The translations under genes and the position numbers were made by a program. The notes beneath the pieces were generated by a model. The model searched no databases. It was not told where the DNA came from and was given only the letters and a program-made list of their open reading frames with translations. Positions 18,408-27,673 of a DNA stretch of 55,898 bases are shown in pieces; within the stretch, counting starts at the first letter, position 1, and every line of letters begins with the position of its first letter. The stretch is from Candidatus Parcubacteria bacterium (GTDB taxonomy: Bacteria > Patescibacteriota > Minisyncoccia > Phycocordibacterales > UBA2100), in the NCBI GenBank assembly GCA_003599295.1, contig QZJK01000009.1, positions 1 to 55,898 of the forward strand, read 5' to 3'.

Positions 18408-19508
18408 ATGAGTGATTCTCGAATGTTGCGCCTGTATGTTGACCCCGCGTGGAGGCGCGCAGGTGCCCTCCACTCGCCGCTCCTCTTTCCCTTTTGGGGA
18501 AATCCGACGACAGAAGTATCCCTCTTCGCGAAGGAGATGTTCGATAGTTATCCGATGAACACGCGCTTGTTTACGGTTACGGAAAAGATCAACGAGGCTG
18601 ACATGGTATTCCCGCCCTACAGGCACAGCTGGCTTTTGGAGCACGATGAGGCACTCCTTAGGGAGTGCGTGCGGCAGGCCGAGGAAACAGGCCTGCCGCT
18701 CTTTATTGACGGCGCTGGTGATGTCGAATTTCCAGTCGGCATCGAGAACGCGTACGTCCTGCGCATCGGCGGATATCGCTTTCTGCCCGAAAAGAATCGT
18801 ATTCAAGTTCCTGCGGCAGCCGACGACCTTCTCGAGCGGTGCGCTGGCGGGCGGGTGCAGATACGCGCGAAGCGCGAAGGGGAGAAGCCTATCGTCAGCT
18901 TCGCCGGCTGGGCAGAGCTCACACTGACACAGACTCTCCGTACGGTAGCAAAAGAATTACCGTCGCGCCTGCGCACTGTCGTGGACTCACGCTATCGTGC
19001 AATGCGCAAAGGTGTCTTCTGGCGGAAGCAGGCACTCAATACTCTTGCTCGTTCCGACAAGGTAGAACTTCGCGCCATCAAACGGCGCACCTTTTCAGGC
19101 AGTGCGAAGACGGCGGGCGCTCCCATGCGCCGACTCCGGCAAGAGCTGGTTGATCTCGTCCTTGCAAGTGATTATGGGCTCGATGTGCGCGGAGATGCCA
19201 ATGAGTCCACGCGGTTGTACGAGATACTTTCACTCGGACGGATCCCCATCATTCTCGATACCGAACGCAACCTCCCGTTTCGGGACGTCGTTCGCTATGA
19301 AGATTTTTCGCTCATTGTCGATTTTCGCGATATCAAACGTCTACCTGAGCGTATTGCGGATTTTCATCGCTCTGTGCGACCCGATGTGTTTGAAGAGATG
19401 CAACGCGCCGCGCGCGCGGCATTCGTTGCCCACTTCCGCACGGACGCGCATATGCGCCACATTGTCCGCCAGCTTGAAGCATTGGGAGCGTTGACGGGAA
19501 ATAGATAA
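18408..19508 (+). CDS. exostosin-like (GT47-like) putative glycosyltransferase
   Basis: The C-terminal region RLYEILSLGRIPIILDTERNLPFRDVVRYEDFSLIV resembles the exostosin family signature. Confidence 0.55.
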   Translation: MSDSRMLRLYVDPAWRRAGALHSPLLFPFWGNPTTEVSLFAKEMFDSYPMNTRLFTVTEKINEADMVFPPYRHSWLLEHDEALLRECVRQAEETGLPLFIDGAGDVEFPVGIENAYVLRIGGYRFLPEKNRIQVPAAADDLLERCAGGRVQIRAKREGEKPIVSFAGWAELTLTQTLRTVAKELPSRLRTVVDSRYRAMRKGVFWRKQALNTLARSDKVELRAIKRRTFSGSAKTAGAPMRRLRQELVDLVLASDYGLDVRGDANESTRLYEILSLGRIPIILDTERNLPFRDVVRYEDFSLIVDFRDIKRLPERIADFHRSVRPDVFEEMQRAARAAFVAHFRTDAHMRHIVRQLEALGALTGNR

Positions 19509-19535
19509 TTTCATCATAGAGGATATACTAGGCGC

Positions 19536-20720
19536 ATGAAGAAATGCAGCATATGCGGCGAGGACACAGCGGTGTCCTTTTTAGATTTAGGGAAGCAGCC
19601 GCTTGCGAACAAATATCCTCGCGAAGAAGACTTTGCGTCTGAGGATTTTTTTCCTCTAGAAGTCTTTTTCTGCACGACCTGCAGAAACGTGCAGCTTGGC
19701 ACGATCGTCTCGCGCGAGCGGATGTTCGTGGATTACTACTACCTCTCCTCGGTGAATCAGGGGCTGGTACGCCACTTTGAGGGATTGGCGAAAAAGCTCG
19801 CCGGCTCAAAGTTCGTGGTAGACGTCGGCTCGAACGACGGCATCCTCTTGAAACCTTTGAAGGAAATGGGTATTACAGCAGTCGGCATCGAACCGTCCGT
19901 CAATGTCTCGAAAATAGCGAATGATGCAGGGCTTACGACGATCACTGCCTTCTTCAATGCCGAAAGCGCGAAAGAAACGAAGGAAAAGTACGGTGAGCCC
20001 GACGTTATCGTCGCAAGCAGCATCTTCACGCACTTGGAAGATCCACATGATTTCGTTGAGGTCGTGAAGAAACTGCTCGCTAAGAATGGGAAATTCATCA
20101 TTGAGGTTGAATACATCGGGAATTTCATCAAGGACATACAATTCGAGCGTTTTTATCTCGACCGTGTCTTCTATTACTCGCTCTCGTCGCTCAAGTATCT
20201 CGCCGATATGCACGGCATGTACATTTCTGACGTGGAGCACATTGAACCACACGGAGGCTCTTTGCAGGTCACGATGCAGAGGAAGGGGGAAGGCGCGGGG
20301 GAGAGCGAGCGTGTAACGAAGCAGCTCACGGCAGAAGAGAGGGAGCTAACGCAAGCCACGATGCAGGCGTTCAAAAAAGAGGTTGATGCGCAGATTAAGG
20401 CGTTCCGCGAGGCGCTTGAAGCGTTCAAGAAAGAAGGTGTCGCTGTCGCGGGCTACGGAGCGCCCGCGCGCACGACGACCATTTGCAATTACGGGCATAT
20501 CGGCCCCGAATTGATTCCTTTCACGGTAGACGATAGTCCCTTAAAGCAGAATAAATTCACTCCGGGCACGCACATCCCGATCGTTCCGCGTACGTACTTG
20601 GATTCACACAAGCCGGATGTCTTGGTGGTGTTCGCGTATGAATATTTAGATGACATCAAGAAAAAGACCGGCAGTGCATACCGGTACTTCATTCCCATCC
20701 CGCCGCGCGAAGTGGGTTGA
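19536..20720 (+). CDS. NDP-hexose C-methyltransferase (TylC3-like; Zn-ribbon + SAM MTase + C-MT C-terminal domain)
   Basis: N-terminal CSICG..(x)..CTTCRNVQL zinc ribbon, SAM motif VDVGSNDGILL, and a C-terminal GYGAPAR...FTPGTHIPIV domain. Confidence 0.8.
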   Translation: MKKCSICGEDTAVSFLDLGKQPLANKYPREEDFASEDFFPLEVFFCTTCRNVQLGTIVSRERMFVDYYYLSSVNQGLVRHFEGLAKKLAGSKFVVDVGSNDGILLKPLKEMGITAVGIEPSVNVSKIANDAGLTTITAFFNAESAKETKEKYGEPDVIVASSIFTHLEDPHDFVEVVKKLLAKNGKFIIEVEYIGNFIKDIQFERFYLDRVFYYSLSSLKYLADMHGMYISDVEHIEPHGGSLQVTMQRKGEGAGESERVTKQLTAEERELTQATMQAFKKEVDAQIKAFREALEAFKKEGVAVAGYGAPARTTTICNYGHIGPELIPFTVDDSPLKQNKFTPGTHIPIVPRTYLDSHKPDVLVVFAYEYLDDIKKKTGSAYRYFIPIPPREVG

Positions 20721-20765
20721 TTTCTTTTTCATCTTGGAAGTGGTATAGTGCGGCACACAAATCCC

Positions 20766-21824
20766 ATGTCGTCAATAATTACGGAAGACATCGCGAAAAT
20801 CGCCGAAAAACTCGGCGACGATGCGCATCGATTTGCGGGTAAAACGGTTCTCATTTCGGGAGGTGCCGGTTTCCTCGGCCGCTATTTCCTCGCGCTCTTC
20901 CGTCATTTGAACGCATCTGTCCTCAAGGAGAAGAAGGTGCGAGTCATCTCTGTCGACAACTACATCACCGGGTCAGAGGACACAGGAGCACACGATCCGT
21001 ACATTTCGCACGTGCGGGCTGACGTCATCCATCCGCTATCGGTCTCTGAGGACATCCATTACATCATTCATGCCGCCGGTATCGCGTCGCCGGTCTACTA
21101 TATGAAGTATCCGCTCGAGACTATCGAAAGCGCCGTCACCGGTGTAAAAAACCTGCTTGAGCTCGCACGCAAGAATAAAGGTCTCGAAGGTTTCTTGTTT
21201 TTCAGCTCCAGCGAGATATACGGCGATCCGAGTCCTATGGCGGTCCCCACCCCTGAGACTTATCACGGGTATGTCTCGAGTGTCGGCCCGCGAGCGTGCT
21301 ACGACGAGTCAAAACGGCTTGGAGAGACCATCACAACGATCTATCACCAACTCCACAAAGTGCCGGCAGTCATCGTCCGCCCCTTCAATGTGTATGGCCC
21401 TGGCATGGGTCACGTTGATCGACGCGTCATCCCGATGTTCACATATCAGGCATTCAAAAAAAATCCCATTCCCGTTCACGGCGAGGGGACGCAGACGCGT
21501 ACGTTCTGCTACATCAGCGATGCCGTGACAGGCTTTCTTCAAGTGTTGCTGAAGGGTGAACGCGGGCATGCCTATAATATCGGAAATGCCGACAGCGAAA
21601 TCACCATGAAGGACCTCGCGCGTATGTTTACAGAACTCGTCCCGGGTGCGTCGCTTCAGACGATACCCTATCCGGATACGTACCCTGCTGGCGAGCCACA
21701 GCGGCGCTGCCCCGATCTTTCGAAGGCTAAGTCACATGTCGGCTATTCATACAGTGTCGGGCTTCGAGACGGATTAGAGCGTTTTATTGCGTGGGCACGG
21801 ACAGAGCCCGGCTATCGCGCTTGA
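20766..21824 (+). CDS. UDP-glucuronate decarboxylase-like SDR (UXS/ArnA-decarboxylase type)
   Basis: ISGGAGFLGRYF, SSSEIYGDP and YDESKRLGE motifs. The ORF track opens at GTG 20748, and I prefer the ATG at 20766. Confidence 0.7.
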   Translation: MSSIITEDIAKIAEKLGDDAHRFAGKTVLISGGAGFLGRYFLALFRHLNASVLKEKKVRVISVDNYITGSEDTGAHDPYISHVRADVIHPLSVSEDIHYIIHAAGIASPVYYMKYPLETIESAVTGVKNLLELARKNKGLEGFLFFSSSEIYGDPSPMAVPTPETYHGYVSSVGPRACYDESKRLGETITTIYHQLHKVPAVIVRPFNVYGPGMGHVDRRVIPMFTYQAFKKNPIPVHGEGTQTRTFCYISDAVTGFLQVLLKGERGHAYNIGNADSEITMKDLARMFTELVPGASLQTIPYPDTYPAGEPQRRCPDLSKAKSHVGYSYSVGLRDGLERFIAWARTEPGYRA

Positions 21825-21882
21825 CCCTGAGCTGAATATCGACTGACTTTTCTTAGCGCGCCAAGGTAGTAGGATATCAGTC

Positions 21883-22818
21883 ATGACTCATCCCAAAAGT
21901 CCCGAAATATCTGTCGTCGTTCCCGTGTACGGTTCTGACGACGTCTTGCGGGAATTATACCGGCGCGTGGTCGCAACGGTGGAAAAGATAACGACTGAGC
22001 TCGAGCTCATCCTCGTCAACGACGCGAGCCCCGACAACGCGTGGCAGGTGATACGGGAATTGGCCTCACAAGACAAGCGCGTCCGCGGGCTCAATCTCTC
22101 ACGCAATTTTGGCCAATATCCGGCGCTGACCGCAGGGCTCCAAGCGTCCCGCGGGGAGTGGGTCGTCGTCATGGATTGCGACCTCCAGGATCAGCCGGAA
22201 GAAATTGCGCGCATGTACGAGAAAGCGCAGGAAGGGTTTTTCGTCGTCGTCGGGTCGCGGCAGAAGCGGCACGACAGCATGTTCCGCTCGTTTTTCTCCC
22301 GCGCCTTCTATGGTGCGCTGAGCTACCTCTCGGGCACCTACCAAGATCCTAGTGTCGCCAATTTCGGCATCTACCACCGAAAAGTCATTGATGCGGTCCT
22401 GTCCCTCGAAGACCACATGCGCTACTTTTCGGTGATGGTGCGGTGGGTTGGGTTTCGCACAGCGAAGGTGCCGGTCCAACATGCAGAGCGGAAGGGTGGC
22501 AAATCAGGATATTCACTCCGAAAGTTATTCAGCCTCGCGATTGACATTATTCTCACATACTCCGAAAAACCCCTCCGGTTCATCGTCAAAGTAGGCGCTG
22601 TGGTCGTTTTGTGTGCGGGACTGTATCTCGCCATCGTCTTGTTTCAAGGATTCGCCTCAGGCTCCCTCGACCTTATGCGCGTGCGCTTCCTCATTGGTTC
22701 CGTATGGCTCATCTTCGGACTCCTCGTGGTGATGCTCGGCATCATAGCCCTCTACCTGGGAAAGACGTTTGAGGAGGTGAAAAAACGGCCAATTTACATC
22801 GTGCAGGAAGAGATATAG
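21883..22818 (+). CDS. GT2 polyprenyl-phosphate sugar synthase (GtrB/ArnC/DPM1-like) with two C-terminal TM helices
   Basis: ISVVVPVYGS, LVNDASPDN and MDCDLQDQPE (DxD) motifs, plus a C-terminal hydrophobic pair. Confidence 0.85.
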   Translation: MTHPKSPEISVVVPVYGSDDVLRELYRRVVATVEKITTELELILVNDASPDNAWQVIRELASQDKRVRGLNLSRNFGQYPALTAGLQASRGEWVVVMDCDLQDQPEEIARMYEKAQEGFFVVVGSRQKRHDSMFRSFFSRAFYGALSYLSGTYQDPSVANFGIYHRKVIDAVLSLEDHMRYFSVMVRWVGFRTAKVPVQHAERKGGKSGYSLRKLFSLAIDIILTYSEKPLRFIVKVGAVVVLCAGLYLAIVLFQGFASGSLDLMRVRFLIGSVWLIFGLLVVMLGIIALYLGKTFEEVKKRPIYIVQEEI

Positions 22819-22830
22819 AATGCGGCGACC

Positions 22831-23928
22831 ATGGCAGGCACAAAGCTGCGGCGTTCCTCAAGGGGGCCGGATGTGACGTTAAACGGCAAGAATATATTGG
22901 TCTGTGGCGGGGCCGGATTCATCGGCTCGAATTTTATCCACTATATCCTAGGAAAGTATCCGAAAGCAAAGATCGTTAATCTCGACAAACTCACCTATTC
23001 GGGCAATCTCGACAATCTCCGCGATCTCGCAAACGAAGCACGCTACACATTTGTGCGCGGCGATATTGCCGATAGAAAGAAAATCACTGCCGTTTTCAAA
23101 AAGTATACGCCACACTACGTTATCAATTTTGCCGCCGAGACACACGTGGATCGCAGTATCCACGTCGGGGCGCTTGAGTTCATAAACACCAATATTGTCG
23201 GCGTGTACAACCTTCTCGAAGCAGTCAAGGCGGCGGGCACCACGCATTCGTTTGTGCAGGTTTCAACTGACGAAGTGTACGGCTCGCTTGATTTGCGATC
23301 CAAGGACAAATTTTCCGAAAGCACGGCGTTTGCGCCCAATGTTCCGTATGCCGCGACGAAAGCGGGCGGCGACATGCTCTGTCGCGCGTATCACAATACG
23401 TGGAAGGTACCGGTCATTGTGACTCATTGCTCTAACAATTACGGTCCGCGCCAATACCCCGAAAAGTTAATCCCATTTTTCGTACTTCGAATGCTCGAAG
23501 GGAAGAAGCTTCCGCTCTATGGCGACGGTAAGCACGTACGCGACTGGATTTATGTTATCGATCATTGTAAGGCGCTCGAGTTGTGTCTTTTGCGCGGGAG
23601 GCCGGGCGCCGTATACAACATCGGCGCGGATAATGAAATGAGTAATCGGAAGATCGCATCCCTGATCCTCAACTATTTTGGGAAGGGTGCGGATGAAATC
23701 GAATTTGTGGGCGACAGGCCGGGACACGATCGTCGCTATGCAATTGATGCATCGCTGATCCGAAAAGAGCTAGGTTGGAAGCCGGAATATCGTTTCGAAG
23801 ATGCATTTCGAGAGACGATCCACTGGTATACTGACAATAAAAAATGGGTCGAGAGAGTGCGTCGGAAAACAGGCGTATTCAATCCCCACATCGATTTATG
23901 GCGAAAACACAGCGTAAAAGGAAAGTAA
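22831..23928 (+). CDS. rfbB: dTDP-glucose 4,6-dehydratase
   Basis: ILVCGGAGFIGSNF, NLDKLTYSGN, STDEVYG and YAATKAGGD motifs. Confidence 0.9.
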   Translation: MAGTKLRRSSRGPDVTLNGKNILVCGGAGFIGSNFIHYILGKYPKAKIVNLDKLTYSGNLDNLRDLANEARYTFVRGDIADRKKITAVFKKYTPHYVINFAAETHVDRSIHVGALEFINTNIVGVYNLLEAVKAAGTTHSFVQVSTDEVYGSLDLRSKDKFSESTAFAPNVPYAATKAGGDMLCRAYHNTWKVPVIVTHCSNNYGPRQYPEKLIPFFVLRMLEGKKLPLYGDGKHVRDWIYVIDHCKALELCLLRGRPGAVYNIGADNEMSNRKIASLILNYFGKGADEIEFVGDRPGHDRRYAIDASLIRKELGWKPEYRFEDAFRETIHWYTDNKKWVERVRRKTGVFNPHIDLWRKHSVKGK

Positions 23929-23954
23929 TCCTGTTGTAGAGTTTCGGTTCGGTT

Positions 23955-24221
23955 ATGTTCTACGTGTATGTGCTTGAGAGCCAAAAGAATGACAGTCTAT
24001 ACATTGGAAGTACCTCTGACTTGCAGAAGCGGCTCAAAGAACATAACCAGAGATTGTCTACTTCGACCAAGCGCTATGCCCCGTGAAAACTGATTTACTA
24101 CGAAGCAAGTCTCAATCACACGGATGCGATCCGTCGAGAAAAATGGCTAAAAAGCACCCACGGGCGTAGAATGCTCAAACTGAGGATTCGCGAATATATA
24201 TGGGAAAGAACAAAAAACTGA
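23955..24221 (+). pseudogene. GIY-YIG nuclease-domain gene interrupted by an in-frame TGA (24084-24086) at the conserved Trp position
   Basis: MFYVYVLESQKNDSLYIGSTSDLQKRLKEHN...RYAP-TGA-KLIYYEASLNHTDAIRREKWLKS. Both halves are in one frame, and family members normally read ..P-W-x-L-x-Y-Y-E at that point. Confidence 0.7.
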
Positions 24222-24244
24222 ATAAACCGAAACTTCACAACAGG

Positions 24245-24958
24245 ATGAAGGGTGTCGTCCTCGCGGGAGGGCTCGGCACGCGCCTGCGCCCTCTCACACT
24301 CATCACCAACAAACACTTACTGCCGGTTTATAACAAGCCGATGATCCTGTATCCCCTGGAGACACTGAAGCGCTCCGGTATCACTGACATCATGGTGGTG
24401 ACCGGTCGTGAGCATGCGGGGCACTTTATGAATTTCCTTGGGTCTGGAAAAGAGTACGGCGTGAAAATTTCTTACGCGCTGCAGGATACAAACAATGGAG
24501 GCATCGCGGACGCACTGCGGTATGCGGAGGATTTCTCAGATAACGGCCCGATTGCGGTCATCCTCGGCGACAATATTTTTGAACAGAATTTCCGGAGGGA
24601 CGTTGCTTCTTTCAAACACGGCGCCAAGGTCTTTTTCAAGGAGATGAAAGATCCGACACGCTTCGGCGTGCCGGTTTTTGATACGTCTCGCAAAAAAATA
24701 GTAACAATTGAGGAAAAACCAAAACAACCAAAATCGAAATTCGCACAAACGGGTTTCTACATGTACGACCAGAATGTCTTTTCTTTCATCAAGACGCTCG
24801 CGCCTTCGGCGCGCGGCGAATTGGAGATTACCGACGTTAACAACATCTATCTCAAAAAGAAGAAACTTTCATATGGCATTATTAAGGGGCTGTGGTCAGA
24901 CGCGGGTACGTTCGAGTCGCTCCACACGGTGAGCAATGAGATCGCGAAGCGCGTATGA
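24245..24958 (+). CDS. rfbA: glucose-1-phosphate thymidylyltransferase (short form sugar nucleotidyltransferase)
   Basis: MKGVVLAGGLGTRLRPLT signature. The ORF opens at 24200, but homologues start at the MKG.. position. Confidence 0.85.
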   Translation: MKGVVLAGGLGTRLRPLTLITNKHLLPVYNKPMILYPLETLKRSGITDIMVVTGREHAGHFMNFLGSGKEYGVKISYALQDTNNGGIADALRYAEDFSDNGPIAVILGDNIFEQNFRRDVASFKHGAKVFFKEMKDPTRFGVPVFDTSRKKIVTIEEKPKQPKSKFAQTGFYMYDQNVFSFIKTLAPSARGELEITDVNNIYLKKKKLSYGIIKGLWSDAGTFESLHTVSNEIAKRV

Positions 24959-25812
24959 CCTCGTATGATTTCTCGAAAGTTCTTACGACTGGAGCGAATG
25001 GGATGATCGGGTCGTATGTCGATTTCGGGATGCGCACTGATAGTGCAACTCTCGATATTCTGGACGCGGAGGGAACGATGCGTCTTGTAGAGGAGTATCG
25101 GCCGAGCGCGGTCATACATCTCGCGGGGGCGACCGATATGGAAAGGTGTGAGCGTGAGCCTGTGTACGCGTACGAACTTAACGTGCGTGGTACCTACAAT
25201 GTTGCACGCGCGGCGCGTGCAGTGGATGCGGTGTTTGTGTATGCGTCAACATCACGGGTGTTCAAGGGAGACAAGAAAGCGGCTTACACCGAAGAGGATA
25301 CACCGGATCCAGTGGGGCGTTATGCAGAGACAAAATATTTCGGAGAACTGGTTACCGCCTCGATCGCGCCGAAATATATCATTGCACGTACAGTGTGGGT
25401 TTTCGGCGGCGGCCCCGAGAGGGACAACAAATTCTACGGTAACGTTTTGCGACAACTCGACAAGCCGGAGATCGTGGCTTTGAATGACGTACGTGGCTCT
25501 CCGACGTATGGTAAGGATTACGTGCAAGCGATCAAGAAATTACTCATGGAAGGAGAGTATGGAATCTTCCACATCGCGAACGAAGGCATAGCGACACGTT
25601 TTGATACCGCTTCCGCGATAGCTACGCAGCTGAAGTCGGACGCAAAAGTGCGTGCCGTTGACCGTAGTTTTTTTCCATTCGGGGCAACACTTCCCACAAA
25701 CGAATCGATCGTATCAAAGCGAGTCACGCTACGGCCCTGGAGGGAGGCGCTTGCGGAATATATTACGGACGAATGGGAGCCCTACCTGCGATCCGCTACA
25801 ATCACCTCATGA
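24955..25812 (+). CDS. dTDP-4-keto-6-deoxyhexose 4-reductase (RmlD/dTDP-4-dehydrorhamnose reductase family)
   Basis: TGANGMIGS, HLAGATD and the YAETKYFGE (YxxxK) motif. ATGA overlap with rfbA. Confidence 0.8.
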   Translation: MTSYDFSKVLTTGANGMIGSYVDFGMRTDSATLDILDAEGTMRLVEEYRPSAVIHLAGATDMERCEREPVYAYELNVRGTYNVARAARAVDAVFVYASTSRVFKGDKKAAYTEEDTPDPVGRYAETKYFGELVTASIAPKYIIARTVWVFGGGPERDNKFYGNVLRQLDKPEIVALNDVRGSPTYGKDYVQAIKKLLMEGEYGIFHIANEGIATRFDTASAIATQLKSDAKVRAVDRSFFPFGATLPTNESIVSKRVTLRPWREALAEYITDEWEPYLRSATITS

Positions 25813-27038
25813 ACTACGTTCATAAGGACACGTGCCGGATCTGCAAAGGCCGCGATCTCACGCGTATCCTCTCTCTCGGCAACCATCCGCCGGTCGATAA
25901 TTTCACGGATGTCGAGCATCTGAAAAACGAAAAACGCTACCCTCTCAATGTGTATTTTTGCGGCACGTGCAATCTCGTCCAACTTCTCGATGTCGTCTCG
26001 GAAGAGGAGCTCTTCCACGGCGAATATGCGTATTTCTCCTCCGCCTCGAAACCGCTCGTCGAGCACTTTCGCTCGTATGCAGATGATCTTGCGCGTGAAC
26101 AGTTGAAAGACGATGATCTCGTCGTCGATATCGGTTCAAACGATGGCATTCTTTTGCAACACCTCGCCCACAGATATCGCGTACTCGGCATCGAGCCGTC
26201 AGCGAACGTGGCGGAGGCCGCCCGAAAGAAAGGGGTCGAGACGCTCGACGGTTTCTTTACCGTTGATATGGCGAAGAAAATGGTTGAAAAATATGGAAAA
26301 GCAAAAGTCGTGGCAGCCAACAACGTCTTCGCGCACATCGATGATCTCGACGAAATTGTTCAGGGTGTGAAAGAACTCCTCTCTGAGGATGGCGTATTTG
26401 TCTCCGAGTCGCACTACCTCCTCGACCTTATCGAGAGACGCGAATTCGACACTGTCTACCATGAGCATCTCTGCTATTACAGCGTCAAGCCGCTTCAACA
26501 TCTTTTCAAACGATTTGGTATGGAAGTATTCGACGTAGGGCGCGTTGACGTGCACGGCGGTTCGATTCGTGTGTATGTGCGTCTTGCTTCCGGTAAGCCT
26601 CTCAAGAATTCCGTGCGCGTGCTATGCGCGCTTGAAGAGAAGGCGGGGCTCTACACCCTTGAGAGGTTCAGTGGTTTTCAGAAGGATGTCGAGGTCATAC
26701 GTGACAAGCTTGTGTCGCTCATACGCGGATTCCGCAAAGAGGGGAAAATAGTTACTGCCTATGGCGCGCCAGCCAAAGGCAATACGCTTTTGAATTTCTG
26801 CGGTTTTACTCCAGATGATCTCAAGTACGTGACCGATACGACACCCCACAAGATCGGTCTCCTCACTCCCGGGAGCCATATCCCTGTTGTATCGCCCGAC
26901 ATTCTCAAGAGTGAGACGCCGGATTATATCTTGCTTCTCGCATGGAATTACCGCAACTTCATTCTCGAAAAAGAAAAAGAGTTGCGTAGTCGCGGTGCCA
27001 AGTTCATTATTCCCATACCCGAGGTTGAAATCGTATGA
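25809..27038 (+). CDS. NDP-hexose 3-C-methyltransferase (TylC3-like), second paralogue
   Basis: CRICKG..(x)..CGTCNLVQL zinc ribbon, VDIGSNDGILL, and a C-terminal AYGAPAKG...LTPGSHIPVV domain. ATGA overlap with the upstream gene. Confidence 0.85.
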   Translation: MNYVHKDTCRICKGRDLTRILSLGNHPPVDNFTDVEHLKNEKRYPLNVYFCGTCNLVQLLDVVSEEELFHGEYAYFSSASKPLVEHFRSYADDLAREQLKDDDLVVDIGSNDGILLQHLAHRYRVLGIEPSANVAEAARKKGVETLDGFFTVDMAKKMVEKYGKAKVVAANNVFAHIDDLDEIVQGVKELLSEDGVFVSESHYLLDLIERREFDTVYHEHLCYYSVKPLQHLFKRFGMEVFDVGRVDVHGGSIRVYVRLASGKPLKNSVRVLCALEEKAGLYTLERFSGFQKDVEVIRDKLVSLIRGFRKEGKIVTAYGAPAKGNTLLNFCGFTPDDLKYVTDTTPHKIGLLTPGSHIPVVSPDILKSETPDYILLLAWNYRNFILEKEKELRSRGAKFIIPIPEVEIV

Positions 27039-27673
27039 ACGAAGACATCGATATCCAGCCCATTCTCACGTGGCTCAAAGAGCGGCAGGCGTCATATCCG
27101 GTCACCGTGGAAGAAGTCGGTATCAATGAGCTACGAGGGTGGCGAGTTGATTCTTCAAGTGGGAACATAACCCATGAATCGGGCAAGTTCTTTTCTATCA
27201 TCGGCGTAAAGGTGACCGGTGCGGCAGATCGCGAGGTGCCATCGTGGAGCCAGCCAATGTTGAAACAGGAAGAAGTCGGCATTTCGGGAGTTTTGGTGCA
27301 GACGAAAGGCGGCATTACGCGCTATCTGTTCTACGCGAAATTCGAGCCGGGAAATATCGATAAAGTGCAGATATCTCCAGCACTCCAAGTTTCCGAAGGA
27401 AATCTCTCACAAGCGCACAAAGGGAAGCGGCCACGGCTCGCGGAATATTTCGATGGGACGAAGGGGAGACTCATCGCTTCCGTGGCGGGCGTCGAGGATG
27501 GCGGCCGGTTCTACCACAAAGTAAATCGCTCGATACTCGTTGAGGTCGACGAGTCTGAAGAGGTGCCGATAACCGAAGATTATATTTGGCTCACGCTTCC
27601 GCAGATAAAAAAGCTTCTTCGTGTCGACAGAGTCGTGAATTCGCTCGCGCGCAACGTATGCGCCCTTTTATGA
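27035..27673 (+). CDS. NDP-hexose 2,3-dehydratase, single-domain (half-length) form
   Basis: ELRGWRVD..GNITHESGKFFSIIGVKV...REVPSWSQPMLKQEEVGISGVLV...YLFYAKFEPGN...ISPALQVSEGN matches the Hexose_dehydratase repeat of the EvaA/TylX3 family. It is only 212 aa. ATGA overlaps on both sides. Confidence 0.8.
   Translation: MNEDIDIQPILTWLKERQASYPVTVEEVGINELRGWRVDSSSGNITHESGKFFSIIGVKVTGAADREVPSWSQPMLKQEEVGISGVLVQTKGGITRYLFYAKFEPGNIDKVQISPALQVSEGNLSQAHKGKRPRLAEYFDGTKGRLIASVAGVEDGGRFYHKVNRSILVEVDESEEVPITEDYIWLTLPQIKKLLRVDRVVNSLARNVCALL

Noticed and set aside
23955-24221. Genome-wide UGA reassignment (code 4 or 25), suggested by TGA at a conserved Trp.
   Set aside because: Many well-supported genes end at TGA with the next gene starting immediately: rfbA, the reductase, both sides of the dehydratase, asnB and the dehydrogenase at 17321-17323. 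Their lengths match homologues, so UGA is a stop in this genome.
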